Positions 21,452 to 31,245 of a stretch of DNA of 64,000 bases are shown here, in pieces (position 1 is the first letter of the stretch; the number at the start of each line of letters is the position of its first letter). Source of the stretch: Chloroflexota bacterium (GTDB taxonomy: Bacteria > Chloroflexota > UBA11872 > VXNJ01); the NCBI GenBank assembly GCA_965261345.1, contig OZ253449.1:1440001-1504000 (forward strand), in the 5' to 3' direction. Under the pieces are notes generated by a model. It was given only the letters and a program-made list of their open reading frames with translations. It made no database searches and was not told the origin of the DNA. The translations under genes and the position numbers were made by a program.

Positions 21452-22864
21452 TCAATTATCCGCCTCAGCGACCGGTGAACCCGCGGCCGCCGGGGCAACT
21501 TCCGGCTCGGGCGAACCCTTAGCGTCCGGGGCAGCTTCCCCGTCCCGCAAGGCGACCTCCTGGATGTTTATCGCGCCGAGAAGATGTTCAAGGACCCGCT
21601 CTTGGAGAAGTTGGCCGTGCAGGCTCTCGCGCCCGACCTGGTTTAGATAGTGCTGGCGCAGAGTGTCCCGTTCGCCGGCCGGATAGGGGGCGAACATCAT
21701 CTCAAGGTGCTCGTTGACCTGCTCGTTTGTGATTGTGATCTCGTGATCGCGGGAGTATTGGCTAATGACCAGCGAATTGCGCATCATGTCCGCGGCATCT
21801 TCGTGGGCCTGCTGGTGAAAACCATCCTGGTCCAGTCCGCGTTGGGCCAGGAAGGTTTCCAGCGCCAGTCCGCGGCGGGTCAGGTCGGCCACCCGGGCAT
21901 CGAGCAGGCGGTGCGCCTGGTTGGCGATCAGGCGATCGGCGATGATAAATTCCGATTTGTCGATCAGCGCCGCCAGGGCCTCGCCCTGCAGGCGCGCATC
22001 GACCTCGCGCCGACGCTGGGCAAGCATTTCCTCGCCCATCCGCTCCCGCAGTTGCTCCAGTGTTTCCACGTCGGCGATCGAACTTGCAAATTCGTCGGTC
22101 AATTCGGGCAGCGTGCTTTCGGTGATTCCGACCAGTTTCAGGTCGTAGGCGGCGGCCTTGCCGGCCAGCGTGGTGGCCGGGGAGTTAGCCGGATAGGCAA
22201 GCTCGAATTTTCCCGAATCACCGACCTTCATTCCCAGTACCTGTTCGGTAAAGCCCTCGGCAAAACCGGGGTTTTCCAGGCTGACCGCCAGTCCCTCGCG
22301 CTCCACCCGGGCCTGACCCTCAATTTCCTCGCGCAGGTCGAAGCGGCCAATGTCGCTGGCCAAAAGCCCGCGCTCGGGCTCCTCGATATCGACAATCTCG
22401 GCGCGTGAGCTGCGGATCGCCTCCAGCTGCGCAATGATCTCCAGCTCGCCGACCTCGACCGACTGGCGCTTCAGGCCGATCGTACGGGTGTCGCCCAGGT
22501 TGACGGTCGGGACCAGCGGCACCGTGCCCGAGTACACGAAGGGCCTTTTAAAGTCCAGCATTCCGTCCTCGGACTCGGGATATTCAAATTCGGGCTGATC
22601 GGCCATCTCCAGGTTCTGGTCGGCCAGGGCGCGGTCAAAGGTGCGCGGGACCAGTCGCTCAATGGCATCTAGCTTGATCGCGGCCTCTCCGAAAATTCGC
22701 TCGACCACCCGCGGCGGGGCCTTGCCCGGCCGAAAGCCGGGGATCTTGCGGCGCTGGGCGATCCGCCGGGCCGCGTTCAGGTATTCGCGCTGCAGGTCGG
22801 TTGGCGGAATTTCAATCGTGATCTTGGCGGTGCCGTCGCCGATCAGCTCGCTGGATGAGGGCAA
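21452..22864 (-). CDS. tig: Trigger factor
   Basis: IPGFRPGKAP ribosome-binding motif, PELTDEFA; upstream of clpP-clpX. Confidence 0.95.
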   Translation of the reverse strand: MPSSSELIGDGTAKITIEIPPTDLQREYLNAARRIAQRRKIPGFRPGKAPPRVVERIFGEAAIKLDAIERLVPRTFDRALADQNLEMADQPEFEYPESEDGMLDFKRPFVYSGTVPLVPTVNLGDTRTIGLKRQSVEVGELEIIAQLEAIRSSRAEIVDIEEPERGLLASDIGRFDLREEIEGQARVEREGLAVSLENPGFAEGFTEQVLGMKVGDSGKFELAYPANSPATTLAGKAAAYDLKLVGITESTLPELTDEFASSIADVETLEQLRERMGEEMLAQRRREVDARLQGEALAALIDKSEFIIADRLIANQAHRLLDARVADLTRRGLALETFLAQRGLDQDGFHQQAHEDAADMMRNSLVISQYSRDHEITITNEQVNEHLEMMFAPYPAGERDTLRQHYLNQVGRESLHGQLLQERVLEHLLGAINIQEVALRDGEAAPDAKGSPEPEVAPAAAGSPVAEADN

Positions 22865-22918
22865 GGTGTCACCTTGGGGTAATCAGGGTTGGGAGGGGAT
22901 TCACAGAATCAGTTTGGG

Positions 22919-22991
22919 AGCGGAAGACGGGATTCGGACCCGCGACCTTCTCCTTGGCAAGGAGACGCTCTACCAACTGAGCTACTTCCGC
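22919..22991 (-). tRNA. tRNA-Gly (GCC)
   Basis: GCGGAAG/CTTCCGC acceptor stem, anticodon arm TCTCC-TTGCCAA-GGAGA; T-loop reads TCCGAAT; CCA not encoded exactly. Confidence 0.93.
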
Positions 22992-23225
22992 GATCTTGTG
23001 AAGATGAATCAAAGTCTACAAAAGGGTATTGGGGGCGGTTATGCGCCCTCACGCATCTTCTATCGGACGCCGGCCCGGCGAGTGCCCTGGCCGCAGCATC
23101 GGGACCCGGGTACGATTGCCACCATGCAATGACCGGGGCCCGCTGCCCAGGACACTTTGTGATCGCGCCTGAGCCCGGTTTCGAGCTAACCACCCTCGAT
23201 CGGCGGGCAAATTGACGGGGGGCGT

Positions 23226-24734
23226 ATGGGTCGCGGCCCGTTACTGGCCTACTTCGGACTGCTGCTGGGCATCGCCCTGGTCCGATCGCGCCGGATGAAC
23301 AACATGTCTGACTATGTTTTGGGCGGACGGCGGCTGGGGAGCTTTACGATCGCGCTGAGCGCCGGTTCGTCAACGACTAGCGCCTGGACGATGCTGGCGC
23401 TTCCGGAGTTGGCCTTCTCCGGCGGCTTGGTCGAGATTTGGATCCCGATCGGCGCGGTGGTCGGGATCGGGCTTAGCTGGACCCGGCTGGCCGGCCGGCT
23501 CCGGCGCTTTACGATCGCAGCTAACGACGCCCTCACGAATCCCCGAGTTCTACGCCGCGCGGTTTGGCGACCGGAGCGGCATCCGGCGGACGCTCACGTG
23601 ATTGCTCACCATCGTTTTCGTGGTCTTCTACGTCAGCTCCGGTCTAATCGGCGGGTCCAAGCTGCTGGAGACGATTTTTGGCATCGAGGCCGGGATCGGA
23701 ATCGTGCTTACCCTCCTGGCGGTAGCCTCCTATACCCCTCATCGGCGGGTTCCTGGCGGTATCGCGGACCGACGTTTTCCAGGCGCTGCTGATGCTCTTT
23801 GGCCTGTGGCTGATTACGGTCGCGCCGGCCGCCTCGGGATCGGCCAGCGCGGCCGGGCTGGCCGGTTCAAACCCGGCATTCTTTGACCCTCTAACCGGCG
23901 GCGACGGCGCACCGATCTCGATCGTATTCACTGTCTCGGTGGCCGGTTGGGGGGTCGGCGCGTTCGGCGCTCAGCGCATCCTGCAGCGTTACATGGCATT
24001 GGAGCAGAAAGCTCGGGTCGGGGTCAGCCGCAACATATCGGTCGCCTGCCTGGTCGCCGTATAAGGGCTCGCCCTGGCGGTCGGCCTGTTGGCCCGTCCG
24101 GCCCTGGCCGAAGCCGGCCTGCTGGCCGAGGTTGCCGACCCGGAACGGATCTACTTGGTCGTTTCCGCGGCCTTTTTCCATCCGACGATCGCCGGATTGC
24201 TGCTTATGGCGGTAATTGCCGCGGTCATGAGCACCGCCGACTGGCAGCTGTTGTTGGCCTCGGCGATCGCCACCGGCGACCGGCCGCCGGTGAGCGAAAT
24301 CGCCTCGTCGATGGCCGCCCGGGCGCGGGTCTGGCGGGGAAGGGCACTGCTGCTGGTTGTCGGATTGATCGGGCTGGCGCTGGCCTTCCTTCTCCCCGAT
24401 TGAATATTTGCGTTGGTCAGCTACGCCTGGGGCGGAATGGGCGCCGCGTTGGGGCCGCTCACGCTGCTGGCGCTCTACTGGCGGCGGTTCAATTTCTGGG
24501 GGGGCGCTGGCTTCTACCGTCGCTGGCACCCTGGTTGCCACGATCTGGGCGTTCGCCAGCGGCGGACCCGGCGGAATGCTAGACATCCAGCCGGCCACTC
24601 CGGGCTTTGCAATCGGCCGGCTGGTCGGCATCCTGGTCACGCTGCGCACGCCCGTGCCCGCAGGCGCGGGAGTTGCACTCTTCGACCGGGCAACCGCCAG
24701 AGAAGCGGGAGTCGGGTTGCTAACGGCGGCCTGA
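23226..24734 (+). pseudogene. putP: Sodium/proline symporter pseudogene
   Basis: DYVLGGRRLG...ALSAGSSTTSAW, IAAVMSTAD.QLL, VSYAWGGMGAA fragments spread over different frames; frameshifts near 23540, 23735 and 24500; stops at 23599, 24062 and 24401. Confidence 0.9.
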
Positions 24735-24835
24735 TCGCTCCGATTCTTTCAAATAAAACCCTGCTTGCCCGGGCGAGACGGGCCCGACCCGATCGAGCGC
24801 CAATGTCCACCGAAATTCCGATGGCGGCAGCGCGG

Positions 24836-25570
24836 CTAGAGCGGCAGCGTCCGCCCGGTTTTGCGAAGTTGTCGCCGCCGGATTCGGGCGTCGGGCATGA
24901 CCGTGGTTACCAGGTCCCAGAACCGCTTGGAGTGGTCCCTGACCGTAAGGTGGGCCAGCTCGTGGACTACGACGTAGTCAACCAGGTTTGGTTCGAGCAT
25001 CATCACCCGCCAACTAAAGCGCAGCGTACCGTTGGCGGAACAGCTCCCCCAGATCGACCGTTGGGCGCCGATGACGACGCGCCGATTTTCGCCCTGCCCC
25101 AACTCGGGCCCCCACCGCTTGACCCTGGCGCCGATCTCCCGACCGGCCTGCTGCAAGTACCATTCGGCGACCGCGCGCCGGGTTTGCCGGTCGCGCTCGG
25201 CATCCTCGAGGTGGTCGGGGATAACCACCCGGATTTCCAAGTCGCTAGGGCCTGGCGGCGGATCCGGGACGCCAGCGGCTTGAACCGATAGGGGAATGCT
25301 CCGGCCCAGGTAGGGGAGGGCCTGCCGGTCGCTAAGGTGCCGGGGCGGGGGTTGCGCGGCCGCCTGCTGCAGGTGGGAAATAATCCAGGCGGCCCGCCGC
25401 CGCACGATCGCCTCAAGTTCGCCGGCGCCGGTCCCGGCCGGGGCGGCGACCAATACCCGCCCGTTATTTATGCTGAGCTGGATCGTCTTGCGCCGACGGG
25501 CGCTGCGACGCACGCGGTAGCTGATAGTCTCCTCGCCGACCCGAATCTGGCCCCGCTCTACCTCAGCCAA
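24836..25570 (-). CDS. M48-like/SprT-like metallopeptidase (YgjP/DUF45)
   Basis: RRSARRRKTIQL, WGSCS, YVVVHELAHL...HSKRFW. Confidence 0.92.
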   Translation of the reverse strand: MAEVERGQIRVGEETISYRVRRSARRRKTIQLSINNGRVLVAAPAGTGAGELEAIVRRRAAWIISHLQQAAAQPPPRHLSDRQALPYLGRSIPLSVQAAGVPDPPPGPSDLEIRVVIPDHLEDAERDRQTRRAVAEWYLQQAGREIGARVKRWGPELGQGENRRVVIGAQRSIWGSCSANGTLRFSWRVMMLEPNLVDYVVVHELAHLTVRDHSKRFWDLVTTVMPDARIRRRQLRKTGRTLPL

Positions 25571-26165
25571 GTGGCCCCCGATCGATTTGGATCAGTATCG
25601 ATCCTTAAAGCGCGAATGTGGTTTACCGAAGCGCCGGCTCTCGCCGAAAACATAAATTGCGCCCACGAATTTTTGGCGTAATTATTCAACAACGGCCGGC
25701 CGACAAATCGCGCGTGGCACCGATCTAGATTCTTTCAAAAATCCCCCATCGGCCGGGGACGAATGGCCAGGGCGCTGCCACTCAATTCCACTCGGTCCTT
25801 ATCCGGCGCGACCTCAACTTGCCGCCACGCGCCCTGCCCGGCCGGCCGAAATCGGGTCCGGGCCAGACCAGATCCTTAAAAAAATTTGCCGGGAACGGCT
25901 CGATCGACGCCGACGGCCCCATCGATCCGGATCCTTTAAGGGCCTTTGCCGGTCATGAAGTTCTCAACCCAGGGGCCAAGTGAGAAATACCGCTGCTTGA
26001 TCTGGCGCGATCAAGCCAACAAATTCGCCGCCGCCCGGTCCTAGAAGCCCGGCCGAAAAGCCCCTGTACAAAGGGCTAATCCGTCATCAAACATATAAAA
26101 TATCAACAGGCATCTTGCGGAGCCTTTCCATTGATAAAAACATAGCATTGCCGGGTGGTGGAGAC

Positions 26166-28263
26166 ATGCTGGGGACCCATGCCCAAAAGGGCTTCTTCCA
26201 GACCGACGGCCTGCACCTTGACTACGTAGGACGCGATACCTTCTACGGCCGCCTGGCGGGCATGCGGGGAGAGCTGTTCAAAGACGAAGATTTCGCCGAT
26301 CTCTACTGCGCCGACAACGGCCGCCCCAGCGTGGCGCCCTCGCTGCTGGCCACCGTTCTCCTGCTGCAGGCCCACGATAAGGTCTCTGACAACGAGGCCA
26401 AGCAGCGGGCCGACTACGACCTGCGCTGGAAGGTGGCGCTGGGGACCGAGCTGGAAGAACGCGCGTTCGCCAAGTCCACATTGCAGCTGTTTCGCTCGCA
26501 GCTGATCGTTCACGGCAGGGCGCGGGGGATATTTCGCCGCTCCCTGCAGCACGCCCGCAAAAAGGGCTTCTTCAAGGGCCAGAGCATGAAGCTGGCGATC
26601 GATACCACCGCCATCCTGGGCAGGGGCGCGGTGCGGGACGCCTACAACCTGATCGGGGACGGCTGCCGCCTGCTGGTCGGCGCCCTGGCCGAACAGGATG
26701 GCCAAGACCCCAAAGAGTGGGCCCGCCAACACGGCTACAACCTGCATGCCGGCAAGAGCCTGAAGGGCGCTGTCGCCATCGACTGGTCGGACCGTAAACA
26801 GCGCCGCCGGTTCCTGGGGCGGATCGTCAGAGACGCCGACTCGCTGCTGGCAAGGGCCCGCAGCGCGCTTGAATCCCCTGCTCCCGACAATAAGCGCGCC
26901 GATAAGATCCTGGCCTGCTCGCAGCTGCTGTCGCAGATCCTGCTCCAGGACGTAAAACGCGTCCCCGCGGAACCGGCAAAACCGGTTCCCGACGACCGCG
27001 ATCGGCTGCTGCTGCGACCGCGATCGGCTGCTGCTGCCGGCGGGAACCGACGCCGGCGAGGTCGATCCCGCCCCGGTGGCGGTCAGAGACAGGGGTGTCG
27101 CGGCCAGGGATTCGGCCGACGGCGCAGATGGCGAGGAAGTGGAGATCGTCCGGGGCGGACGCGACCGGATCATATCGGCGCACGATCCGCAGATGCGCCA
27201 TGGACGCAAGAGCTCGACCAACCGCTTTGCCGGCCACAAGGCCGCCATCGCCGTAGATTTGTCAACCGGCCTGGTAACCGCGGTGGACGTGATCCCGGGC
27301 AACGCCCCCGACAACTGCGGCGCCCTGGCGCTGGTGCGGGAGGCCGAAGAGAACGCCGCCGCCAAAGTCGAGATCGTCATCGGCGACTGCGCCTACGGGG
27401 CTGGCGACACCCGCAAGGACTTCGCCGACGCCGGGTACGACCTCTTCGCCAGGGCGCCGGGTAAACCAGCCAGCCGCTACTTTGTAAAGCAGGACTTTGC
27501 CATCGATCTGGAAAAGGGAACCTGCACCTGCCCGGCCGGGCAGATAACTTCCGATTACCGCCGCTCGCGCTCCCGGCGCAGCGCCAAGACACGCGCCGGC
27601 CTCTTCCACTTCGCTAAAGAGCAGTGCTCGGCCTGTCCGCTCAAGAGATCCTGCATACGCTCTGCGACCAAACCCAACCGCCGCATCAGCGTCCATCCCC
27701 AGGAACGCCTGCTGCAGCAGGCCCGCATCCGCCAGCGCAGTAAGGAAGGCTTAAAGATCGCGCGCCTTAGAACCCGCGTCGAGCACCGCCTGGCCAGGCT
27801 CTGCCAGCTGGGCGTGCGCCAGTCGCGGTTCTTTGGCAGGCAACTTGCCGGGTTCCAGCTGCTGATGGCGGCCACGGTGGCCAACCTAACGCTTGCCGAA
27901 GGGGAGTCGTGGAAAAGGAAACCCTCGGGAACCGACCCGGGCCGGGAAGCCGGGCTGACCGCGGCCGCCGCAAACGGCCGGGAGGCGGCGCAGATGGCGA
28001 TGGAGGGCAATCGGAACGGGGTCGCCGAAGGCCGGGAAGTAGCTTCTGCGCCGGTAATGGAAGGACCTGCGAATCGGGATTTGGCGCGGGGTCTTAAAAA
28101 TGCGGTTGCCGCCGGCGCGATCGTTGCATGGGCCCAGAATTCCCACGAAATATCGATCCAGAGTGTCCTAAATCGGTTTGGCGGCCTCAGGGAGGTCTTC
28201 GAGGTCATTGCTAATCTGTTTGAGCCCCGACGCGCGTTTTGGGCTTTTCGGCCTGGTTTCTAG
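26166..28263 (+). pseudogene. IS1182-family DDE transposase, frameshifted
   Basis: GRPSVAPSLL...SDNEA...DLRWKVALG, IDTT, HDPQMRHGRKS...GHKAAIAVD, GDCAYG, CPAGQ, CSACPLKRSC, RTRVEHRLA; reading frame broken at 26993-27036. Confidence 0.9.
26993..27036 (+). repeat. Perfect 22-bp tandem duplication
   Basis: CGACCGCGATCGGCTGCTGCTG twice (26993-27014 and 27015-27036). Confidence 0.95.
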
Positions 28264-28364
28264 CCCCCGGACCGGATCATCTGCTCCTGCCGGTTCATCC
28301 GAGAGCGCGGCCAACGGCGGCGTAAACTGCCGCAACAACTCCAAAAACGCGGGAGAAGTGCCTG

Positions 28365-29336
28365 GTGAATGCACCTACGATCGAGATCGCCGGCCGGCTC
28401 GACGCCGAGAATCGCCGGATCTTTGACGCGATCCCGCTCGAACCCAAAGACTGGTCTGACATTCCGGCGGTGCGCGAGCGCTGGGCTAAGGAGCGGGCGG
28501 CGCTGCCCGAACCGGTCCTGCCCGAGAGCGTGTCCATCCTGGATCGGTTCGTTCCCGGCCCGGCAGGGGGCCCGAACCTGAGGTTGCGCATCTACCGACC
28601 CAAAAACCAGGACCAACCGGCGCCGGCGCTTTACTGGATCCACGGCGGCGGGATGGTGTTGGGCGAACTGGAAATGAATGATCTCTACTGCGCCGAAATC
28701 GCCGCCCGACTCGGCGCGCTGGTAGCGTCGGTCGAGTACCGGCTGGCGCCCGAACACCCCTTCCCGGCACCGCTCGAAGACTGTTTCGCGGGATTTTCCT
28801 GGTTGGCCGCGTCGGCGTCCAAACTGGGAGTCGACCCGGTCCGCATCGCGGTTGGTGGGGCCAGCGCGGGCGGGGGCCTGGCGGCGGGATTGTCGCTGGC
28901 GGCCCGCGATCGCGGCGGGCCTTCGCCCTGTTTCCAGCTGCTCGTCTACCCCATGCTTGACGACCGCAACACCACCCGCAGCAGCTATGCGATAACCGAC
29001 CCGCGCACCTGGAACCGCGAATCAAATCTGACCGGCTGGAACGCCTATCTTCAGGGAATGGCGGGCGGTGACGACGTATCGCCCTACGCGGCGCCGGCGC
29101 GGGCCGACGATCTTTCCGGGCTGCCGCCGGCTTACCTAAACGTCGGTGACCTGGATCTATTCCTAGATGAGGACGTAGCTTACGCGCGGGCGATGGCCGA
29201 TGCCGGAGTGCCGGTGGAGTTGCACATCTACCCCGGCGCGTACCACGGTTCCAACTCAATCGCACCGGACTCACAGCTCGCGATTCGCTGGGCCGCCGAC
29301 GAAATGGCAGCGCTTGCGCGGGCGCTAAAAGCCTAG
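28365..29336 (+). CDS. Alpha/beta hydrolase, HSL (family IV) esterase/lipase
   Basis: HGGG oxyanion motif, YRLAPEHPFPA, GASAGG nucleophile, GDLDLF, GAYHG. Confidence 0.93.
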   Translation: MNAPTIEIAGRLDAENRRIFDAIPLEPKDWSDIPAVRERWAKERAALPEPVLPESVSILDRFVPGPAGGPNLRLRIYRPKNQDQPAPALYWIHGGGMVLGELEMNDLYCAEIAARLGALVASVEYRLAPEHPFPAPLEDCFAGFSWLAASASKLGVDPVRIAVGGASAGGGLAAGLSLAARDRGGPSPCFQLLVYPMLDDRNTTRSSYAITDPRTWNRESNLTGWNAYLQGMAGGDDVSPYAAPARADDLSGLPPAYLNVGDLDLFLDEDVAYARAMADAGVPVELHIYPGAYHGSNSIAPDSQLAIRWAADEMAALARALKA

Positions 29337-29628
29337 GCGCCGCGCCCTAACCGACTTGGGCAGAGCCGCCGCGCAATGCCCGGTCGCGGGGTGGTGCCGG
29401 ACGCTGATCTGGCCTGTTTCCAAGCCGGTGGGACCGGTAGGGATTCTGCCGGGGCACGGACCGGCGAACAAACGATGATTGCAAGAGCCTTCGGACCCGA
29501 CCGCGTCAGTAGCCAAGCTTGAGCCCTGAGGCGTTGGGGAAAGCGTGAATGCTGGCTGGGATAGAGTTTTTCAAAGCCAGCCCGAGGCTTGGTGAGCTTT
29601 TCGAACTACCGAGAAGGGACGGGGCCAA

Positions 29629-30510
29629 ATGCCCAATCGCAAGATTCCGGGGGTAGACCCTTACCCGCGAAAGCGCGTTCCGGTACTAGATAGCGAGATA
29701 TCCTTCGTCGATGCTGGGGCTGGCGACCCGGTCGTATTCCTACATGGGAACGGGACTTTTTCCTACGTATGGAGAAACATAATCCCATATGCGGAGCCGA
29801 TAGGACGCTGCCTTGCTCCGGACCTGATGGGATGTGGAGATTCGGGCAAGCTCGCCGGATCGATGTACCGCATAGCTGACCAATCTAGGTACTTGGATGC
29901 CTGGTTCGAGACGATGGACCTTGGCGATCAAATAACTCTGGTCCTGCACGATTGGGGCGGGCCAATTGGGTTCGATTGGGCCCATCGGAACCAAGACAGG
30001 ATCAAGGGCATCGCCTACATGGAAACATTGGTTCTGCCGTTGGAGTGGGAAGATTGGCCCGAAATTAGACGGGACCTATTCAAGCAGTTCCGTTCACCCA
30101 TGGGCGAGGACTTAGTTCTTAACGACAACTTCTTCATCGAAACCATTCAGACGCGCATGATTCGGAATTTGCCAGAGACCGTAATGGATAGATATCGCGA
30201 ACCATATCTGGAACCAGGCGAATCTCGGCGACCCACCTTGACGTTTACCAGAGAGTGCCCTATTGGGGGAGAGCCCAGGGATGTTATTGCGATGATCAAT
30301 CGCGCCGGCCAGTGGTTGTCTACTAGTGACTTACCGAAGCTATTCCTGAACGCGTACCCAGGTTCGATCCTGACCGGACGGCAGCGAGACTTTTGCCGGA
30401 CCTGGCCCAATCAACAAGAGAAAACGATTCTGGGGATACATTACATCCAAGAGGATTCACCGTTCCAGATTGGCGAAGCAATCGCCAACTTTCTCAAATC
30501 CATGGATTGA
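29629..30510 (+). CDS. Haloalkane dehalogenase family protein (HLD-II / Renilla luciferase-like clade)
   Basis: FLHGN.T.SY.WRN, LHDWG (Asp nucleophile, Trp), AYME (Glu), RRPTL, GIHYIQED (His). Confidence 0.9.
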   Translation: MPNRKIPGVDPYPRKRVPVLDSEISFVDAGAGDPVVFLHGNGTFSYVWRNIIPYAEPIGRCLAPDLMGCGDSGKLAGSMYRIADQSRYLDAWFETMDLGDQITLVLHDWGGPIGFDWAHRNQDRIKGIAYMETLVLPLEWEDWPEIRRDLFKQFRSPMGEDLVLNDNFFIETIQTRMIRNLPETVMDRYREPYLEPGESRRPTLTFTRECPIGGEPRDVIAMINRAGQWLSTSDLPKLFLNAYPGSILTGRQRDFCRTWPNQQEKTILGIHYIQEDSPFQIGEAIANFLKSMD

Positions 30511-31245
30511 AGCTGTTCTAGGGTAGCCGGACCTGCGACAACGATCCGCGCTGGTGCGCCGGCATAGTCGTTCAACCGGGATCTAGAGATTGGTTTAAGA
30601 AGGCGAAGCACTGCACTGCGACCGGTCAGAGTTTTAAGGCCATCAATTCCCGCAGGCTGATGCCCGATCGTTGGGGGCATCGCCGGTGACATGCCGGCGC
30701 TGGCAATGCGGTGCCTGACGAGAGCTGTAGGAATCCCGGGCCCGAGCCAGTTCCTGCTGTAGCCAAAGCGAGTATGCGAGAAGCAGACCTCGCCCCAGCA
30801 AGCCGTGCCCGACGGAGCGCCAAGGCCCCACGCGAGAGCGCTTTTGGCACGAGTCGGTTCATCGCTGGGCGAATCAATTCTGCGATTCGGCCGAGCCGAT
30901 CGCCTACTCTGGGCGAGCGAGATGACGAACTCGGAAATCGACGACGACGACATTTGCCAGTTAAGGAAGTCGACTCGATATCCCTAGCTTGGGTACCTTG
31001 AGTACCCACGCACGGATCGTCGCGCTCAGCGGCTTGGTCAATTGGTGCCGCGTGCGGGGCGCTGCTGCACGCCCAACTCAATGCCAGGTCGCGCTCAAAT
31101 TGAGATCGCCTCGGTGCTGGATGCCTCCGCTATTGGCGAGGCCCTAACGCCTCAGCTTCAAGCGAGCGGGAAGACCGCCGCCGGCAGCCCGGCCGCTAAT
31201 TGGATCTGGCCGCAGCGTGCTTGCGGTCAAGACCCTGCGGCCAGG

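Larger units (their letters stand above)
26041..28263 (+). mobile_element. IS1182-family insertion sequence (complete ends)
   Basis: 19-bp terminal IRs 26045-26063 and 28241-28259 (17 of 19 match) flanked by CTAG on both sides; DUF772-type transposase inside. Confidence 0.9.

Noticed and set aside
25571-26040. Degenerate CRISPR array or integron attC sites
   Set aside because: The repeated words are only 10-12 bp with irregular 59-143 bp spacing; no cas or intI genes and no attC core pattern
30511-31245. ORFs 30441-30953, 30626-31081 and 30711-31001; faint resemblance to a flippase fragment
   Set aside because: The similarity is too weak to support by eye; treated as unassigned debris pending a translated search
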